Positions 20,160-29,893 of a DNA stretch of 64,000 nucleotides are shown piece after piece. Numbering within the stretch: position 1 is the first letter of the stretch; every line of letters begins with the position of its first letter. A model generated the notes under the pieces. The model saw only the letters and a program-made list of their open reading frames with translations, made no database searches and was not told the DNA's origin. Origin of the DNA: Gammaproteobacteria bacterium. GTDB lineage: Bacteria > Pseudomonadota > Gammaproteobacteria > UBA4575. Location of the stretch: assembly GCA_965205685.1 (NCBI GenBank), contig OZ242174.1, positions 5,219 to 69,218 on the forward strand. Reading direction: 5' to 3'. The translations under genes and the position numbers were made by a program.

Positions 20160-20235
20160 TGGTGGCCAGGGGCGGAATCGAACCACCGACACGAGGATTT
20201 TCAGTCCACTGCTCTACCGACTGAGCTACCTGGCC
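20160..20235 (-). tRNA. tRNA-Phe (anticodon GAA), CCA encoded
   Basis: Reverse complement is GGCCAGGTAGCTCAGTCGGTAGAGCAGTGGACTGAAAATCCTCGTGTCGGTGGTTCGATTCCGCCCCTGGCCACCA. Cloverleaf folds by hand: 7-bp acceptor stem, loop CTGAAAA, T-loop GGTTCGATTCC. One U-U mismatch in the anticodon stem. Confidence 0.95.
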
Positions 20236-20308
20236 AGGACTGGAGAGTTTGTTACAAAGCTGTGGTGTAAGGAGGCTTCCAATAGTAAGGATATTGTGCT
20301 GGCTATTA

Positions 20309-20581
20309 CTAGCTGTCCGGCGCCACAAATTCCTTGGGCTTAGCCGACCCTTCACCAAAAAAGAATTTTTCCATTTCCTCTTCTAGAAATTTGCGTGCCT
20401 TGGGATCAACTGGGGTCAACCTGTACTCATTCATCAGCATGGTCTGATGACTCACCCACTGCTGCCACCCCTCCTTGGATACATTGTCATATATTTTTTG
20501 CCCCAGTTCTCCAGGATATGGCATGTATTCGAGTCCTTCCGCTTCTTTATGGAGCTTTACACATTGGACCATGCGTGCCAT
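20309..20581 (-). CDS. yggX: Fe(2+)-trafficking protein YggX
   Basis: 90 aa. [17 protein letters not shown]...[18 protein letters not shown] is the YggX pattern. Classical position downstream of mutY. Confidence 0.9.
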   Translation of the reverse strand: MARMVQCVKLHKEAEGLEYMPYPGELGQKIYDNVSKEGWQQWVSHQTMLMNEYRLTPVDPKARKFLEEEMEKFFFGEGSAKPKEFVAPDS

Positions 20582-20597
20582 GACAGTTTTCCTTTGT

Positions 20598-21641
20598 TCA
20601 TCCTATTACTTGTTGCAAGGCCTTGCTGACGGGGGCTGCCAGACCAATCTTTTCACCGGTGGCTTTATACCAAACCCCGACATCATCTTCCATTACACCA
20701 ATGGGGTTGTGATCTATCTGCACCACCGTAGGGTGCATGTAAAGTCGAAAGTGTGAGAAGGTGTGAGTAATCACAGGCAATGTCCTTGTTACCAAGTTGT
20801 CTGTCTTGTATATCTTATCCAGCCACTTCTGCACATCTACTTCTTTCTCGAATTCCGGAAAACTGTAGAGTCCGCCCCAGATCCCTGCTGAAGGACGTTT
20901 TTCCAGCCACACGGCATTGTCCTTGTTCTGAACCATCACGACGTGCACGTCCCGTTTCGGCAGATCACGGGACGGACGGGGCACAGGCAACTCATGTTGG
21001 CGACCTTTTCCGGATGCGATGCAACTTTCGCGAACCGGGCACAGCAGGCAGGCGGGTCGTGTACGGGTGCACAGTGTGGCACCAAGATCCATCATGGCCT
21101 GTGTATAGTCCGCAAGACGATGTTGTGGCAGCAGTGACTCCGCATGGGCCCAAAGCTGCTTCTCCACCTTGGCCTCGCCCGGCCACCCTTCCACCGCAAA
21201 ATATCTTGCAAGCACGCGCTTGACATTCCCATCCAGTATGGCGTGACGCTGGCCAAAGCCCAGGGCCAGGATCGCAGCAGCGGTGGACCGCCCCACGCCC
21301 GGCAGGGCGTTCACTGCGGCCATGTCTTCAGGAAACCTTCCTTGGTTCTGTTTGCAAAGTTCTCGTGCAGCTTCGTGCATGTTGCGTGCACGCGCGTAGT
21401 ACCCCAAGCCTGTCCAGTAATGCAGCACCTCATCTACCCCTGCAGCGGCCAGTTCCTGTACATTCGGAAAGCGTCGCATGAATTTTTCATAGTACGGGAT
21501 TACTGTATCCACGCGCGTCTGCTGCAGCATGATTTCCGATACCCAGATTCGGTATGGATCGCGATCACGTTGCCAAGGCAAATCTTTGCGGCCATGCTGA
21601 TCAAACCAGGTCAGAACCCGGTCGCTGAAATCGCTGCTCAT
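20598..21641 (-). CDS. mutY: A/G-specific adenine DNA glycosylase
   Basis: 347 aa. HhH-GPD region ([12 protein letters not shown]), a 4Fe-4S cysteine cluster, and a NUDIX-like C-domain. Confidence 0.93.
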   Translation of the reverse strand: MSSDFSDRVLTWFDQHGRKDLPWQRDRDPYRIWVSEIMLQQTRVDTVIPYYEKFMRRFPNVQELAAAGVDEVLHYWTGLGYYARARNMHEAARELCKQNQGRFPEDMAAVNALPGVGRSTAAAILALGFGQRHAILDGNVKRVLARYFAVEGWPGEAKVEKQLWAHAESLLPQHRLADYTQAMMDLGATLCTRTRPACLLCPVRESCIASGKGRQHELPVPRPSRDLPKRDVHVVMVQNKDNAVWLEKRPSAGIWGGLYSFPEFEKEVDVQKWLDKIYKTDNLVTRTLPVITHTFSHFRLYMHPTVVQIDHNPIGVMEDDVGVWYKATGEKIGLAAPVSKALQQVIG

Positions 21642-21713
21642 GACTGCATGCCGAGGCTGCCTAGGTAGGTCACATACTGCATGGGCTCACGCCCGGAGTC
21701 CCCCAAGGCAACA

Positions 21714-22196
21714 TCACCGCCCGTCACGTTCCCACAGCCCGGATTTGCCACCGGATTTCATGACCAGTCCGATAGCCTGCATGATCATGCCTCGGTCCTT
21801 GGCCTTGCACATGTCATAGATGGTCAGTAACGCAATCTGTACGGCAGTGAGGGCTTCCATCTCTGCGCCTGTTTGACCCAGCGTTTCCACGGTGGCCTTG
21901 CAGTACACGGCTGGCGTGGCTTCCTCGACGACGAACTCAATTTGTACCGAGGTCAGTGGAATTGAATGGCACAATGGAACCAGATCCGGGGTTTTTTTTG
22001 CGCCTGTTATGCCAGCAATCCGCGCAATACCCAACACATCACCCTTCGTATGGCCGCCACTTTGTATATGCTGCAATGTTTCTGCTCGCATGCAAATCCG
22101 CCCATCTGCAACCGCAACGCGACGGGTAACGGATTTTTCACCAATATTGACCATGTGCGCCTCTCCAGCCGCATTGAAATGTGTAAGTTTATTCAC
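21714..22196 (-). CDS. moaC: cyclic pyranopterin monophosphate synthase
   Basis: 160 aa, GTG start. [16 protein letters not shown] and IPLCH motifs. Confidence 0.92.
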   Translation of the reverse strand: MNKLTHFNAAGEAHMVNIGEKSVTRRVAVADGRICMRAETLQHIQSGGHTKGDVLGIARIAGITGAKKTPDLVPLCHSIPLTSVQIEFVVEEATPAVYCKATVETLGQTGAEMEALTAVQIALLTIYDMCKAKDRGMIMQAIGLVMKSGGKSGLWERDGR

Positions 22197-22284
22197 CTCA
22201 TCGACTCCATGTTGCCAAGACAGTAATGGTACTATTCAGTGCACACCTTTTTCCGCATTGTCGATCAAATACCGAAATACAGCA

Positions 22285-22518
22285 ATGTCCGTCCATGTAA
22301 AGTATTTTGCCAGTCTGCGGGAAACGATTGGACGTTCAAGTGATGAGATCTCGATCACCGGACCCGCCACCGTAGAACAAATCTGGCAGCAGACGACGAG
22401 CGGCATGCAGCGGCCCGAGCGGGTACTGGTCGCCATCAACCAGGAGTATGCGGACTTCGCACAGGTAGTCAACGACGGCGACGAGGTTGCCTTCTTTCCT
22501 CCAGTGACTGGAGGATAG
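22285..22518 (+). CDS. moaD: molybdopterin synthase sulfur-carrier subunit
   Basis: The last 77 codons of ORF 21892..22518, from the ATG at 22285: MSVHVKYFASLRE...EVAFFPPVTGG, with the C-terminal GG typical of MoaD. The upstream part of the ORF is antisense to moaC. Confidence 0.85.
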   Translation: MSVHVKYFASLRETIGRSSDEISITGPATVEQIWQQTTSGMQRPERVLVAINQEYADFAQVVNDGDEVAFFPPVTGG

Positions 22519-22564
22519 ATTGCACAGTGCTTGCCTGTGCTCCGGGGGTTTACTGTCTCGACCG

Positions 22565-23911
22565 CTACCGGATAAGGATGAACAGGCCCTGTCTCTGGCG
22601 CTGGATATTCAGTAACAGCGTTTTTGGGTTTTTCTTGATAGCGGCCTTCATGTCTGACACGGTCTTTACACGCTTCCTGTTCACACTGATGATGATATCG
22701 CCTTTGCGAATACCGGCGGCGGCGGCCCTTCCCTCCACCTTGACCACCTGAATTCCCGCAGCGGTTCCCCGTGAAGGATCTTCCGGTGCCTCACTAAGCT
22801 TGGCGCCCGCCAGTTTATCGCTGAGCGATTTTCCACTGACGGTCTGTTTCAGTTGCTTGCCTACCGATGCAGTCAGAGTGCGTGTCTTGCCGTTTCGCAA
22901 TACCTCAATCTGGACCTGTGCGCCAACACGCAGCAGTCCAATCTCATTGCGCACTTGCGCCGAATTTTCCACCTCGCGTCCGTTGACCGTAACGATGATA
23001 TCCCCGACTCTCACGCCTGCTTTTTGCGCAGGGGATTTTGCCTCCACACGCGCGACTACCACACCCTTTTTGTGGGTCATCCCAAATGCCTCGGCCAGTT
23101 CAGGAGTCAGGTCCTGCACCACAAACCCAAGCCGGCCCCGCCTGACTTCGCCATGCTCAAGCAGTTGAGCCGTGATCTGCTTGGCCATGTTCACAGGTAT
23201 GGCAAAACCGATCCCGATATTGCCACCCGATCCGTAGATGGCCGTGTTGATCCCGATCAATTCCCCCCGTAAGTTGACCAGTGCTCCACCTGAATTTCCA
23301 GGATTGATGGATGCATCGGTCTGAATAAAATCCTCGTACGACTCGATACCAAGTCCACTGCGCCCGAGTGCGCTGACAATTCCGGAAGTCACCGTCTGGC
23401 CCAAACCAAACGGATTGCCGATGGCCACCACGAAATCGCCCTGCCGCAGGTCGTCCGAATCCCCCAAAGGAATTTCCGTCAAGTTGTCTGCCTCAACCTG
23501 GATCACTGCAATGTCAGCGCCAGGGTCCTTGCCTATGACGGTGGCATCAAAACGCTGCCCATTCTCCAGGGTTACCACAATATCCTCGGCTTTATCGATC
23601 ACGTGCGAGTTCGTCACGATGTAGCCATCATCCGCATCGAAGATAACGCCCGAACCCAAACCTGAAATTCGTCTCTCCCGCCGCTGTCGGGGCACATCGA
23701 AAAACCTTCGAAATAAGGGGTCATTGAAAAAGGGATCACGTACCACAACCTTGCCGGTCGTTGAGATGTTGACAACCGCAGAAGTCGTCCTTTCCAGCAT
23801 TGGTGCCAGAGTAGGAAGGATTTGGCTGTCTAAAGCGGCGACCTGACCACCAAATGCAGTCAATCCCAGCAGGGCTGTCAGCGCAACCGTTCGGAGCATT
23901 CCTTTAAACAT
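22565..23911 (-). CDS. degP: periplasmic serine endoprotease DegP/DegQ family (two PDZ domains)
   Basis: 448 aa. Signal peptide, catalytic GNSGGALVN, two PDZ-like segments. Confidence 0.92.
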   Translation of the reverse strand: MFKGMLRTVALTALLGLTAFGGQVAALDSQILPTLAPMLERTTSAVVNISTTGKVVVRDPFFNDPLFRRFFDVPRQRRERRISGLGSGVIFDADDGYIVTNSHVIDKAEDIVVTLENGQRFDATVIGKDPGADIAVIQVEADNLTEIPLGDSDDLRQGDFVVAIGNPFGLGQTVTSGIVSALGRSGLGIESYEDFIQTDASINPGNSGGALVNLRGELIGINTAIYGSGGNIGIGFAIPVNMAKQITAQLLEHGEVRRGRLGFVVQDLTPELAEAFGMTHKKGVVVARVEAKSPAQKAGVRVGDIIVTVNGREVENSAQVRNEIGLLRVGAQVQIEVLRNGKTRTLTASVGKQLKQTVSGKSLSDKLAGAKLSEAPEDPSRGTAAGIQVVKVEGRAAAAGIRKGDIIISVNRKRVKTVSDMKAAIKKNPKTLLLNIQRQRQGLFILIR

Positions 23912-23971
23912 AGATACTGAACCAGGGTGTCCCGGAAATTTTGCCGATTCAAATTATACGGTCAAATAAGG

Positions 23972-24880
23972 TCAAAAGTATTCACGGGGGTTGAATTTGA
24001 AACGCTCTGCCATCTTGCGATAGAACTCCCGGTCTGACTCATTGCCTGCCTCTGGCGTCGTAATTTGCAATGTGACAATCTGGTCTCCCGCAGGAGGTCC
24101 AGGCAAGCCTCGATTTCTCAAGCGTAACCTGTTGCCTGATTTTGAGCCCATCGGTATGCGGGTCTGTACAGGACCTCCAAGCGTGGGGACCCGGACGCTT
24201 GCACCCAGCGCAGCCTCCCATGGACTGATGGGTAGATCCAGCATGACATCCCGGCCATCCAGCCGGTATAGGCTGTGTGGGCGAATTACTACCTCAAAAT
24301 AAAGATCACCGCTGTGACCACCTCCACTCCCTGACCCGCCCTGACCGGCGAGCCGAATCCGTTTCCCTGAAGTCACCCCTGGTGGAATTTTAACTTCGAG
24401 ACTGCGCCCATTTTGTAAGCGGACATGCTTGTTGGTCCCTGAAAAAGCCTCCTCCATGGATACTTCCAAGCGTGAACGTTGGTCGGCACCTCTGGTTTTC
24501 AGCGAGGTTTCATGCCTGAAGCCCTCACCGAACAGCGAGTCAAAGAAATCACTGAACCCGGAGGCATCGAATCCTGCCTGTGAAAAAGTACGGTGCGAAA
24601 AACCCGGGCCTGTGAAGTGCATGTCCCGCCAGTCCGGCGGTGGCTGAAAATCCTGGCCTGCACGCCAGTTGGTGCCCAACTTGTCATACGCCTGTCGCTT
24701 TTGTGGATCCCTCAGGACTTCATAGGCCTCGCCCACTTCCTTGAATTTTTGTTCTGCATGGGGTTCCTGGCTTACATCCGGATGGTATTTCCGCGCAAGG
24801 CGGCGATAGGCGGCTTTGATTTCAGCCTCTTTTGCATCACGCTTTATGCCCAGTACATCGTAGTAGTCTTTATATTGCAT
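23972..24880 (-). CDS. cbpA: curved-DNA-binding protein CbpA (DnaJ homologue without zinc finger)
   Basis: 302 aa. J-domain DYYDVLGI...KYHPDV, no CxxCxGxG repeats, DnaJ C-terminal domains. Confidence 0.88.
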   Translation of the reverse strand: MQYKDYYDVLGIKRDAKEAEIKAAYRRLARKYHPDVSQEPHAEQKFKEVGEAYEVLRDPQKRQAYDKLGTNWRAGQDFQPPPDWRDMHFTGPGFSHRTFSQAGFDASGFSDFFDSLFGEGFRHETSLKTRGADQRSRLEVSMEEAFSGTNKHVRLQNGRSLEVKIPPGVTSGKRIRLAGQGGSGSGGGHSGDLYFEVVIRPHSLYRLDGRDVMLDLPISPWEAALGASVRVPTLGGPVQTRIPMGSKSGNRLRLRNRGLPGPPAGDQIVTLQITTPEAGNESDREFYRKMAERFKFNPREYF

Positions 24881-24972
24881 ACGCGCACCAAACTATACGG
24901 TGAGCCTTGGCGGGATGCCGCGGCACACCGCGGCATCCTGGTTCTGCCAAGCACGCTGGGTGGAACCGGGGT

Positions 24973-25410
24973 TTACCCCTGTACAGAAATCTTCTTCGGC
25001 AATGCTTTCTCTTTCTTCGGCACGTGAAGCATGAGCACCCCATGCTCTGTTCTGGCAGAAATATTTTCTGCATCAGCCGTGTCTGGCAGGGTAAAGCGTC
25101 GAAAAAAACTTCCGTAGGCCCGCTCTGTACGGGTATAGCCAAGACTCTCATCCTGGCTTTCTGTCTTGCGTTCACCTTTCACGGTCAACACGCCATCTTC
25201 AAGAGAAACATCGATATCCTTCGGGTTCACACCAGGTACATCAGCACTGACCTCATAGGCATCTTCGCCTTCCTTGATATCAATAGGCGGCACCCAGTCG
25301 GATGCAGTGTCTGTATAGCCAGGCGGGCTGCCATGGAAAATTCGGTCCACTTCCCCTTGGAAGTCCCGCAATGTTTCCCACGGATCATGATATATCCTTC
25401 TCGCAAGCAT
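24973..25410 (-). CDS. small heat-shock protein (Hsp20 / alpha-crystallin family)
   Basis: ORF 24973..25425. The ATG at 25410 is preceded by a GAGGAGG RBS. Alpha-crystallin core (PPIDIKEGEDAYEVSADVPGV...GVLTV). Confidence 0.9.
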   Translation of the reverse strand: MLARRIYHDPWETLRDFQGEVDRIFHGSPPGYTDTASDWVPPIDIKEGEDAYEVSADVPGVNPKDIDVSLEDGVLTVKGERKTESQDESLGYTRTERAYGSFFRRFTLPDTADAENISARTEHGVLMLHVPKKEKALPKKISVQG

Positions 25411-25458
25411 CTTGCACCTCCTCAAATTAAAAATTTTAAACGGTAGATGCTTATAGAA

Positions 25459-25484
25459 ATATGGGCTGAAAAGACTTTTTCAAG
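25459..25484 (-). promoter_or_regulatory. candidate sigma-32 (RpoH) heat-shock promoter of the hsp20 gene
   Basis: The minus strand reads CTTGAAA-aagtcttttcag-CCCATAT, close to the sigma-32 consensus CTTGAA-N13-17-CCCCATNT. Lies about 35 nt upstream of the ATG. Spacer is at the short end of the range. Confidence 0.45.
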
Positions 25485-25493
25485 TCTGGCAGA

Positions 25494-26021
25494 TCATCTT
25501 TGCCGGATATCCTGGATCCACTCAAATTGTCCCGCTCCGCGGTTCTTTTGTACTGACTGTGGAGTGAAAAGCTGTCCGTTCATTGCCAGATACACGCCGT
25601 GAGGAAGGTGCTGGGCAGCAGCGATGGCATAGCCAATATTAAAGACGGCATCGGTATTGCGAAACCGTGCGGGCTGCATGGCCCCCGTCAGTACAATTGT
25701 TTTGTCAGGGACTTCCTCCAGACAGCGTGCTGTATCCACCATGGTGTCGGTACCGTGGGTAATCAGAATACGTGCGCAGTCTTCGGCCTTGACGTGCTCA
25801 ACGATCTGCTGCCGATCTTCTGCACTGATCTCCAGGCTGTCCTTCTTAAGGATGGACTGGACCTCGAATGGGAACCCGACCCGGGCCTCTTTGAGAATAT
25901 CGCTCACCACGGGGTCCCCGATCTGGTACTCACTCAGGGCATCAAAATACACCTTGTCCAGGGTTCCCCCTGTACAAAAAATTTTTACCTGGTGTCTTTT
26001 GGAGTGAGCAGCATCTGTCAT
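25494..26021 (-). CDS. short asparaginase-domain protein
   Basis: 175 aa. IFCTGGTLDK and THGTDTM motifs of the asparaginase/glutaminase N-domain. Confidence 0.75.
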   Translation of the reverse strand: MTDAAHSKRHQVKIFCTGGTLDKVYFDALSEYQIGDPVVSDILKEARVGFPFEVQSILKKDSLEISAEDRQQIVEHVKAEDCARILITHGTDTMVDTARCLEEVPDKTIVLTGAMQPARFRNTDAVFNIGYAIAAAQHLPHGVYLAMNGQLFTPQSVQKNRGAGQFEWIQDIRQR

Positions 26022-26040
26022 TAGTGTGTAGCCTCGCAGT

Positions 26041-26907
26041 TTATTCTACGTTCTGAACCTGCTCGCGCATCTGTTCGATCAGCACCTTCAGATCGACAGC
26101 GGCCTGGGTAGTCTCCACGTCGGCAGATTTTGCCGCAAGGGTATTCGCCTCACGATGAAATTCCTGCATAAGGAAATCCAGTCGCCGGCCGGTTGCTTCC
26201 CGGACTTCGAATATGGATGCCATTTCATCCAAGTGGCTGTCCAAGCGATCCAGTTCTTCCATGATATCCATTTTTTGTGCAAGGTAGACGAGTTCCTGCT
26301 CAAGCCGCACCTGATCCACACTCTCCAGCAATTCTTCGATGCGTTGTTGCAGCTTTTCCCGAATCGAGGCTAATGCCTGGGGGTGTCGAACCCGCACGTC
26401 CCGGACAATCGATCTGACCTCAGTACACTTGTCCTGCAATATTTTTTCGATCCGTCGACCTTCTGCTGCTCGCATGTCGACCAGCTGCCCGACAGCCTGC
26501 TCAAACAGGCTGAAACAGGTCGCATGGAAACTTTCCCGATCGCCCTCAACGGCCTGAATCATACCGGGCCAGGCCAGAATGTCTGTCGCTGTCACCGGTG
26601 CAGAAACAGGCAATTTTTCATTCACCCTGCAAATTTGCTGCACAAGGCTATCCAGCAACGGCCTGTTCAATTCCAGTGCCGCTGTCTGTACTTCAGTCAT
26701 CCGATAGCGAAATATGCAGTCAACTTTGCCGCGTGCAAGCTGGCCCTGAAGATGGCTGCGCAACCGCGCCTCCAGTCTTCGGACCTCCTCTGGCAGGCGG
26801 AAATTAATGTCCAGGTAACGATGGTTGACTGAGCGCACTTCCCAGCACAGAGTTCCTTGTTCGCATGTATCCTCGACCCGCGCAAAGCCTGTCATACTGC
26901 AGAGCAT
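26041..26907 (-). CDS. yicC: YicC-family stress-induced protein
   Basis: 288 aa. N-terminus MLCSMTGFAR...WEVRSVNHRYLD and C-terminal EQMREQVQNVE are typical of YicC. Classical divergent position next to rph. Confidence 0.9.
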   Translation of the reverse strand: MLCSMTGFARVEDTCEQGTLCWEVRSVNHRYLDINFRLPEEVRRLEARLRSHLQGQLARGKVDCIFRYRMTEVQTAALELNRPLLDSLVQQICRVNEKLPVSAPVTATDILAWPGMIQAVEGDRESFHATCFSLFEQAVGQLVDMRAAEGRRIEKILQDKCTEVRSIVRDVRVRHPQALASIREKLQQRIEELLESVDQVRLEQELVYLAQKMDIMEELDRLDSHLDEMASIFEVREATGRRLDFLMQEFHREANTLAAKSADVETTQAAVDLKVLIEQMREQVQNVE

Positions 26908-27002
26908 GAGATGATCCCTTTTCTATCCGTCCAGATGAGCCCGCACCATAGCAGGCAAACTTTTCATATAATACGCCTCTTTGGCCCTTTCCAGGTTGAC
27001 TT

Positions 27003-27731
27003 ATGAGCCCAACAAGCAGACCCAGCGGTCGAAGCCCCAGCCAACTGCGTGAGATCCGGTTCACACGCAACTATACCCGACATGCCGAAGGCTCCGTATT
27101 GACAGAATTCGGAGACACCCGGGTGATCTGTACTGCAACAACTACGGATCAGGTGCCGAAATTTCTCAAAGGCAAGTCTCAGGGCTGGATCACCGCTGAA
27201 TACGGCATGCTGCCACGCTCAACAAATGAACGCATGCCACGGGAAGCCGCACGTGGTAGACAGGGCGGGCGCACCCTGGAAATCCAGCGCCTGATCGCCC
27301 GTTCCTTGCGAGCAGGTGTGGACCTGCAAGGGCTGGATGGTTATGCCATCACGGTCGACTGTGATGTCATTCAGGCCGATGGCGGGACACGCACGGCTTC
27401 AATCTCGGGCGGGTTTGTTGCCTTGTACATGGCGCTCATGCAACTGGCAGACGCCGGCAAGATCCCGGCTGATCCGGTACAACATTTCGTGGCAGCGGTA
27501 TCGGTTGGGATTTGCAATCACGCCCCGGTGCTGGACCTCGATTATGCGGAAGACTGTGCTGCACATACCGACATGAACGTTGTGATGACTGATGCACAGT
27601 CATTTATAGAGATCCAGGGGACTGCCGAACAGCAGGCCTTTTCCCGTGAGGAACTGGTAACACTGCTGGAGCTTGCCAGCCAAGGCATCCAGAAAATCAT
27701 TCAGTGCCAAAAAAGCTGCCTGGGAATTTAG
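27003..27731 (+). CDS. rph: ribonuclease PH
   Basis: 242 aa. RPSGR...[17 protein letters not shown], canonical Rph. Confidence 0.95.
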   Translation: MSPTSRPSGRSPSQLREIRFTRNYTRHAEGSVLTEFGDTRVICTATTTDQVPKFLKGKSQGWITAEYGMLPRSTNERMPREAARGRQGGRTLEIQRLIARSLRAGVDLQGLDGYAITVDCDVIQADGGTRTASISGGFVALYMALMQLADAGKIPADPVQHFVAAVSVGICNHAPVLDLDYAEDCAAHTDMNVVMTDAQSFIEIQGTAEQQAFSREELVTLLELASQGIQKIIQCQKSCLGI

Positions 27732-28322
27732 ATGGCCCACAAGATTGTCCTAGCCAGCAATAATGCCGCCAAGCTGAGGGAAATCCAGGCTGTGGTGGAC
27801 AAGCAGCGATACCATCTCGTGGCACAATCTGAACTGCAGATCGGGGAAGTTGCCGAAACCGGCACCACCTTTGTGGAAAATGCAATCATCAAGGCGCGGC
27901 ATGCCGCACTGCAATGCGGGCTAGGCGCACTGGCGGATGATTCAGGCATCGAAGTTGATGCGCTGCAAGGCGCGCCAGGCATCTACAGCGCACGCTATGC
28001 GGGCGGACATGCCAGCGATGCATCAAACAACGAAAAACTGCTTGCCGAACTTCAGGGGGTGCCGGACCACGAACGTACCGCACGTTTCCAGTGTGTCATT
28101 GTGTACCTTCGACATGCGCGTGACCCCATGCCCATCCTGTGCCAGGGTACTTGGGAAGGCCGCATTTTGCAGGAACCCGCGGGCTACAACGGGTTCGGCT
28201 ACGATCCCTTGTTCTATGTCCCGTCCCATGACTGCTCTTCAGCACAGCTGGACCCTGCTGAAAAAAACCGCATCAGCCACAGGGCACAGGCCCTGCAAAA
28301 ACTGATGCTTAAACTAGGTTGA
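27732..28322 (+). CDS. rdgB: dITP/XTP pyrophosphatase (RdgB/HAM1)
   Basis: 196 aa. IVLASNNAAKLREI, ETGTTFVENA and GFGYDPLF motifs. The start abuts the rph stop (TAGATG). Confidence 0.93.
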   Translation: MAHKIVLASNNAAKLREIQAVVDKQRYHLVAQSELQIGEVAETGTTFVENAIIKARHAALQCGLGALADDSGIEVDALQGAPGIYSARYAGGHASDASNNEKLLAELQGVPDHERTARFQCVIVYLRHARDPMPILCQGTWEGRILQEPAGYNGFGYDPLFYVPSHDCSSAQLDPAEKNRISHRAQALQKLMLKLG

Positions 28323-28346
28323 AACAGCGGGGCTTACGTTTCCGGA

Positions 28347-29528
28347 ATGCAGGCCACTGAAATACCGCTATCGCTTTATATCCACATCCCCTGGTGTGTC
28401 AAAAAGTGTCCGTATTGTGACTTTAATTCACACGAGAAACGGTCTGTCCTGCCCGAAGTCCGCTATATCGATGCACTGATTGCCGATCTGAAAAGACAGG
28501 CGGATGGCGTGGCTGGACGGGGCATTGGCAGTGTCTACATAGGCGGGGGCACGCCCAGCCTGTTTTCTGCTCAAAGTATCGAACGCCTGCTGGATGCTGT
28601 GGCACGTGAAACAGGCCTCGCAAAGGATGCGGAAATTACGATTGAAGCCAACCCCGGCACCTTCGATCAGCAAAACTTTGCCGGCTTTCGAAGCGCTGGC
28701 GTCAATCGCATCTCGATTGGTGTACAGAGCTTTGACGATACCCTGTTGCGTGCCCTTGGACGTATCCACGATGCCAACACCGCGAGGCAGGCCGTGCTCG
28801 CAGCCAAGCAAGCCCACTTTGAAAATATCAACATTGACGTGATGTATGCCCTGCCAGGCCAGACCCTGAAGCAGGCCCGGCGGGATGTCGAACAGGCCAT
28901 TGCCCTGACACCTTCCCACATTTCCTATTACCAACTCACGCTCGAGCCGCATACCCACTTTTACCGCCACCCACCCACACTTCCCGATGGCGAACTTGGC
29001 TGGGCAATTCAACAGCAAGGGACAAACCTGCTAATGCTGCACGGCTGGCAACAATACGAGATCTCCGCCTACGCAAAAGACCAATTCAGATGCATCCACA
29101 ACATGAACTACTGGCGGTTCGGAGATTACCTCGGCATTGGCGCCGGAGCGCATCAGAAAATCAGCTTCGACAAGACCGGTGTCTGGCGCAGCGAAAAACC
29201 CAGAAATCCGCTGCAATACATGGAGCAGGTACTCAATGACCCTCCGGCCGGACCCGCATGTCACCCCCTGAGTGAAGACGAGTTGGTGTTCGAGTTTTTA
29301 TTGAATGCCCTGCGCATAAAATCAGGGTTCACCCGGCAACTGTTTGAATGCAATACCGGCCTTTCTTTTGGCCAGTTGGCCACGAAACTCCAGGGCCTGA
29401 TCCAAGAGGGCCTGATTGTCAGACAGGACGGTGGTTTGCGCTGCAGTGAAACCGGGTACCGGTATCTGGATGGCCTTCTATTGCGCCTGCTTCCTGAAGC
29501 GTCGGCAACGCCCTTGGGCACACAGTAA
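28347..29528 (+). CDS. hemW: radical SAM haem chaperone HemW (HemN-like, oxygen-independent coproporphyrinogen oxidase family)
   Basis: 393 aa. CxxxCxxC as CVKKCPYCDF, HemN C-domain. Confidence 0.9.
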   Translation: MQATEIPLSLYIHIPWCVKKCPYCDFNSHEKRSVLPEVRYIDALIADLKRQADGVAGRGIGSVYIGGGTPSLFSAQSIERLLDAVARETGLAKDAEITIEANPGTFDQQNFAGFRSAGVNRISIGVQSFDDTLLRALGRIHDANTARQAVLAAKQAHFENINIDVMYALPGQTLKQARRDVEQAIALTPSHISYYQLTLEPHTHFYRHPPTLPDGELGWAIQQQGTNLLMLHGWQQYEISAYAKDQFRCIHNMNYWRFGDYLGIGAGAHQKISFDKTGVWRSEKPRNPLQYMEQVLNDPPAGPACHPLSEDELVFEFLLNALRIKSGFTRQLFECNTGLSFGQLATKLQGLIQEGLIVRQDGGLRCSETGYRYLDGLLLRLLPEASATPLGTQ

Positions 29529-29893
29529 CCGGACCTGAAAGGCTTACGAGGACTGTACTGGGTGAGCATGCAGTTCGCATCCCCGCCAGGATTCGGTCCG
29601 CCTGACGGCTTCGCCGGAAAAGGCCTCGGAGACTGCTGCTCCCGGACTGCTGACACTGATCTGGAATAGTCCAGATACGAGGAAAATTACCCTACATCTA
29701 CCATTTCAGGCGTAGAGTTATGCACAACTGTAATTTAGAGCCAAATTTTATGAACTTTTACATGCCGGCATCTTGATCGGAACAGAAATTCCATAATTTT
29801 TCATTTATAATCAACTGGTTGTAATATCGTACGTTATTTAAGCAGTCTAACAAAACAGTTATATTTCTCGGGATTCGTGGCGATGTTTGAGAA

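Noticed and set aside
20160-20235. U-U mismatch (positions 28/42) in the tRNA-Phe anticodon stem as a sign of a pseudo-tRNA
   Set aside because: All other stems, the conserved D and T loops, the anticodon loop and the CCA end are intact. Single stem mismatches are common in functional tRNAs.
19165-20308. Integrase, att repeat or other mobility gene next to tRNA-Phe
   Set aside because: I looked for these on both sides. The neighbours are an OMP gene and yggX, and no recombinase-like ORF or repeat of the tRNA 3' end occurs within the window.
20101-20358. 85-aa minus-strand ORF across the tRNA-Phe locus
   Set aside because: It is occupied by a well-folding tRNA gene, and the ORF translation includes the tRNA sequence itself.
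21892-22284. First 131 codons of ORF 21892..22518
   Set aside because: This part is antisense to moaC. Only the last 77 codons, from the ATG at 22285, look like MoaD.
29261-29656. 131-aa minus-strand ORF at the hemW 3' end
   Set aside because: It mostly overlaps hemW on the opposite strand and has a Pro/Arg/Ser-rich translation. There is no support for it.
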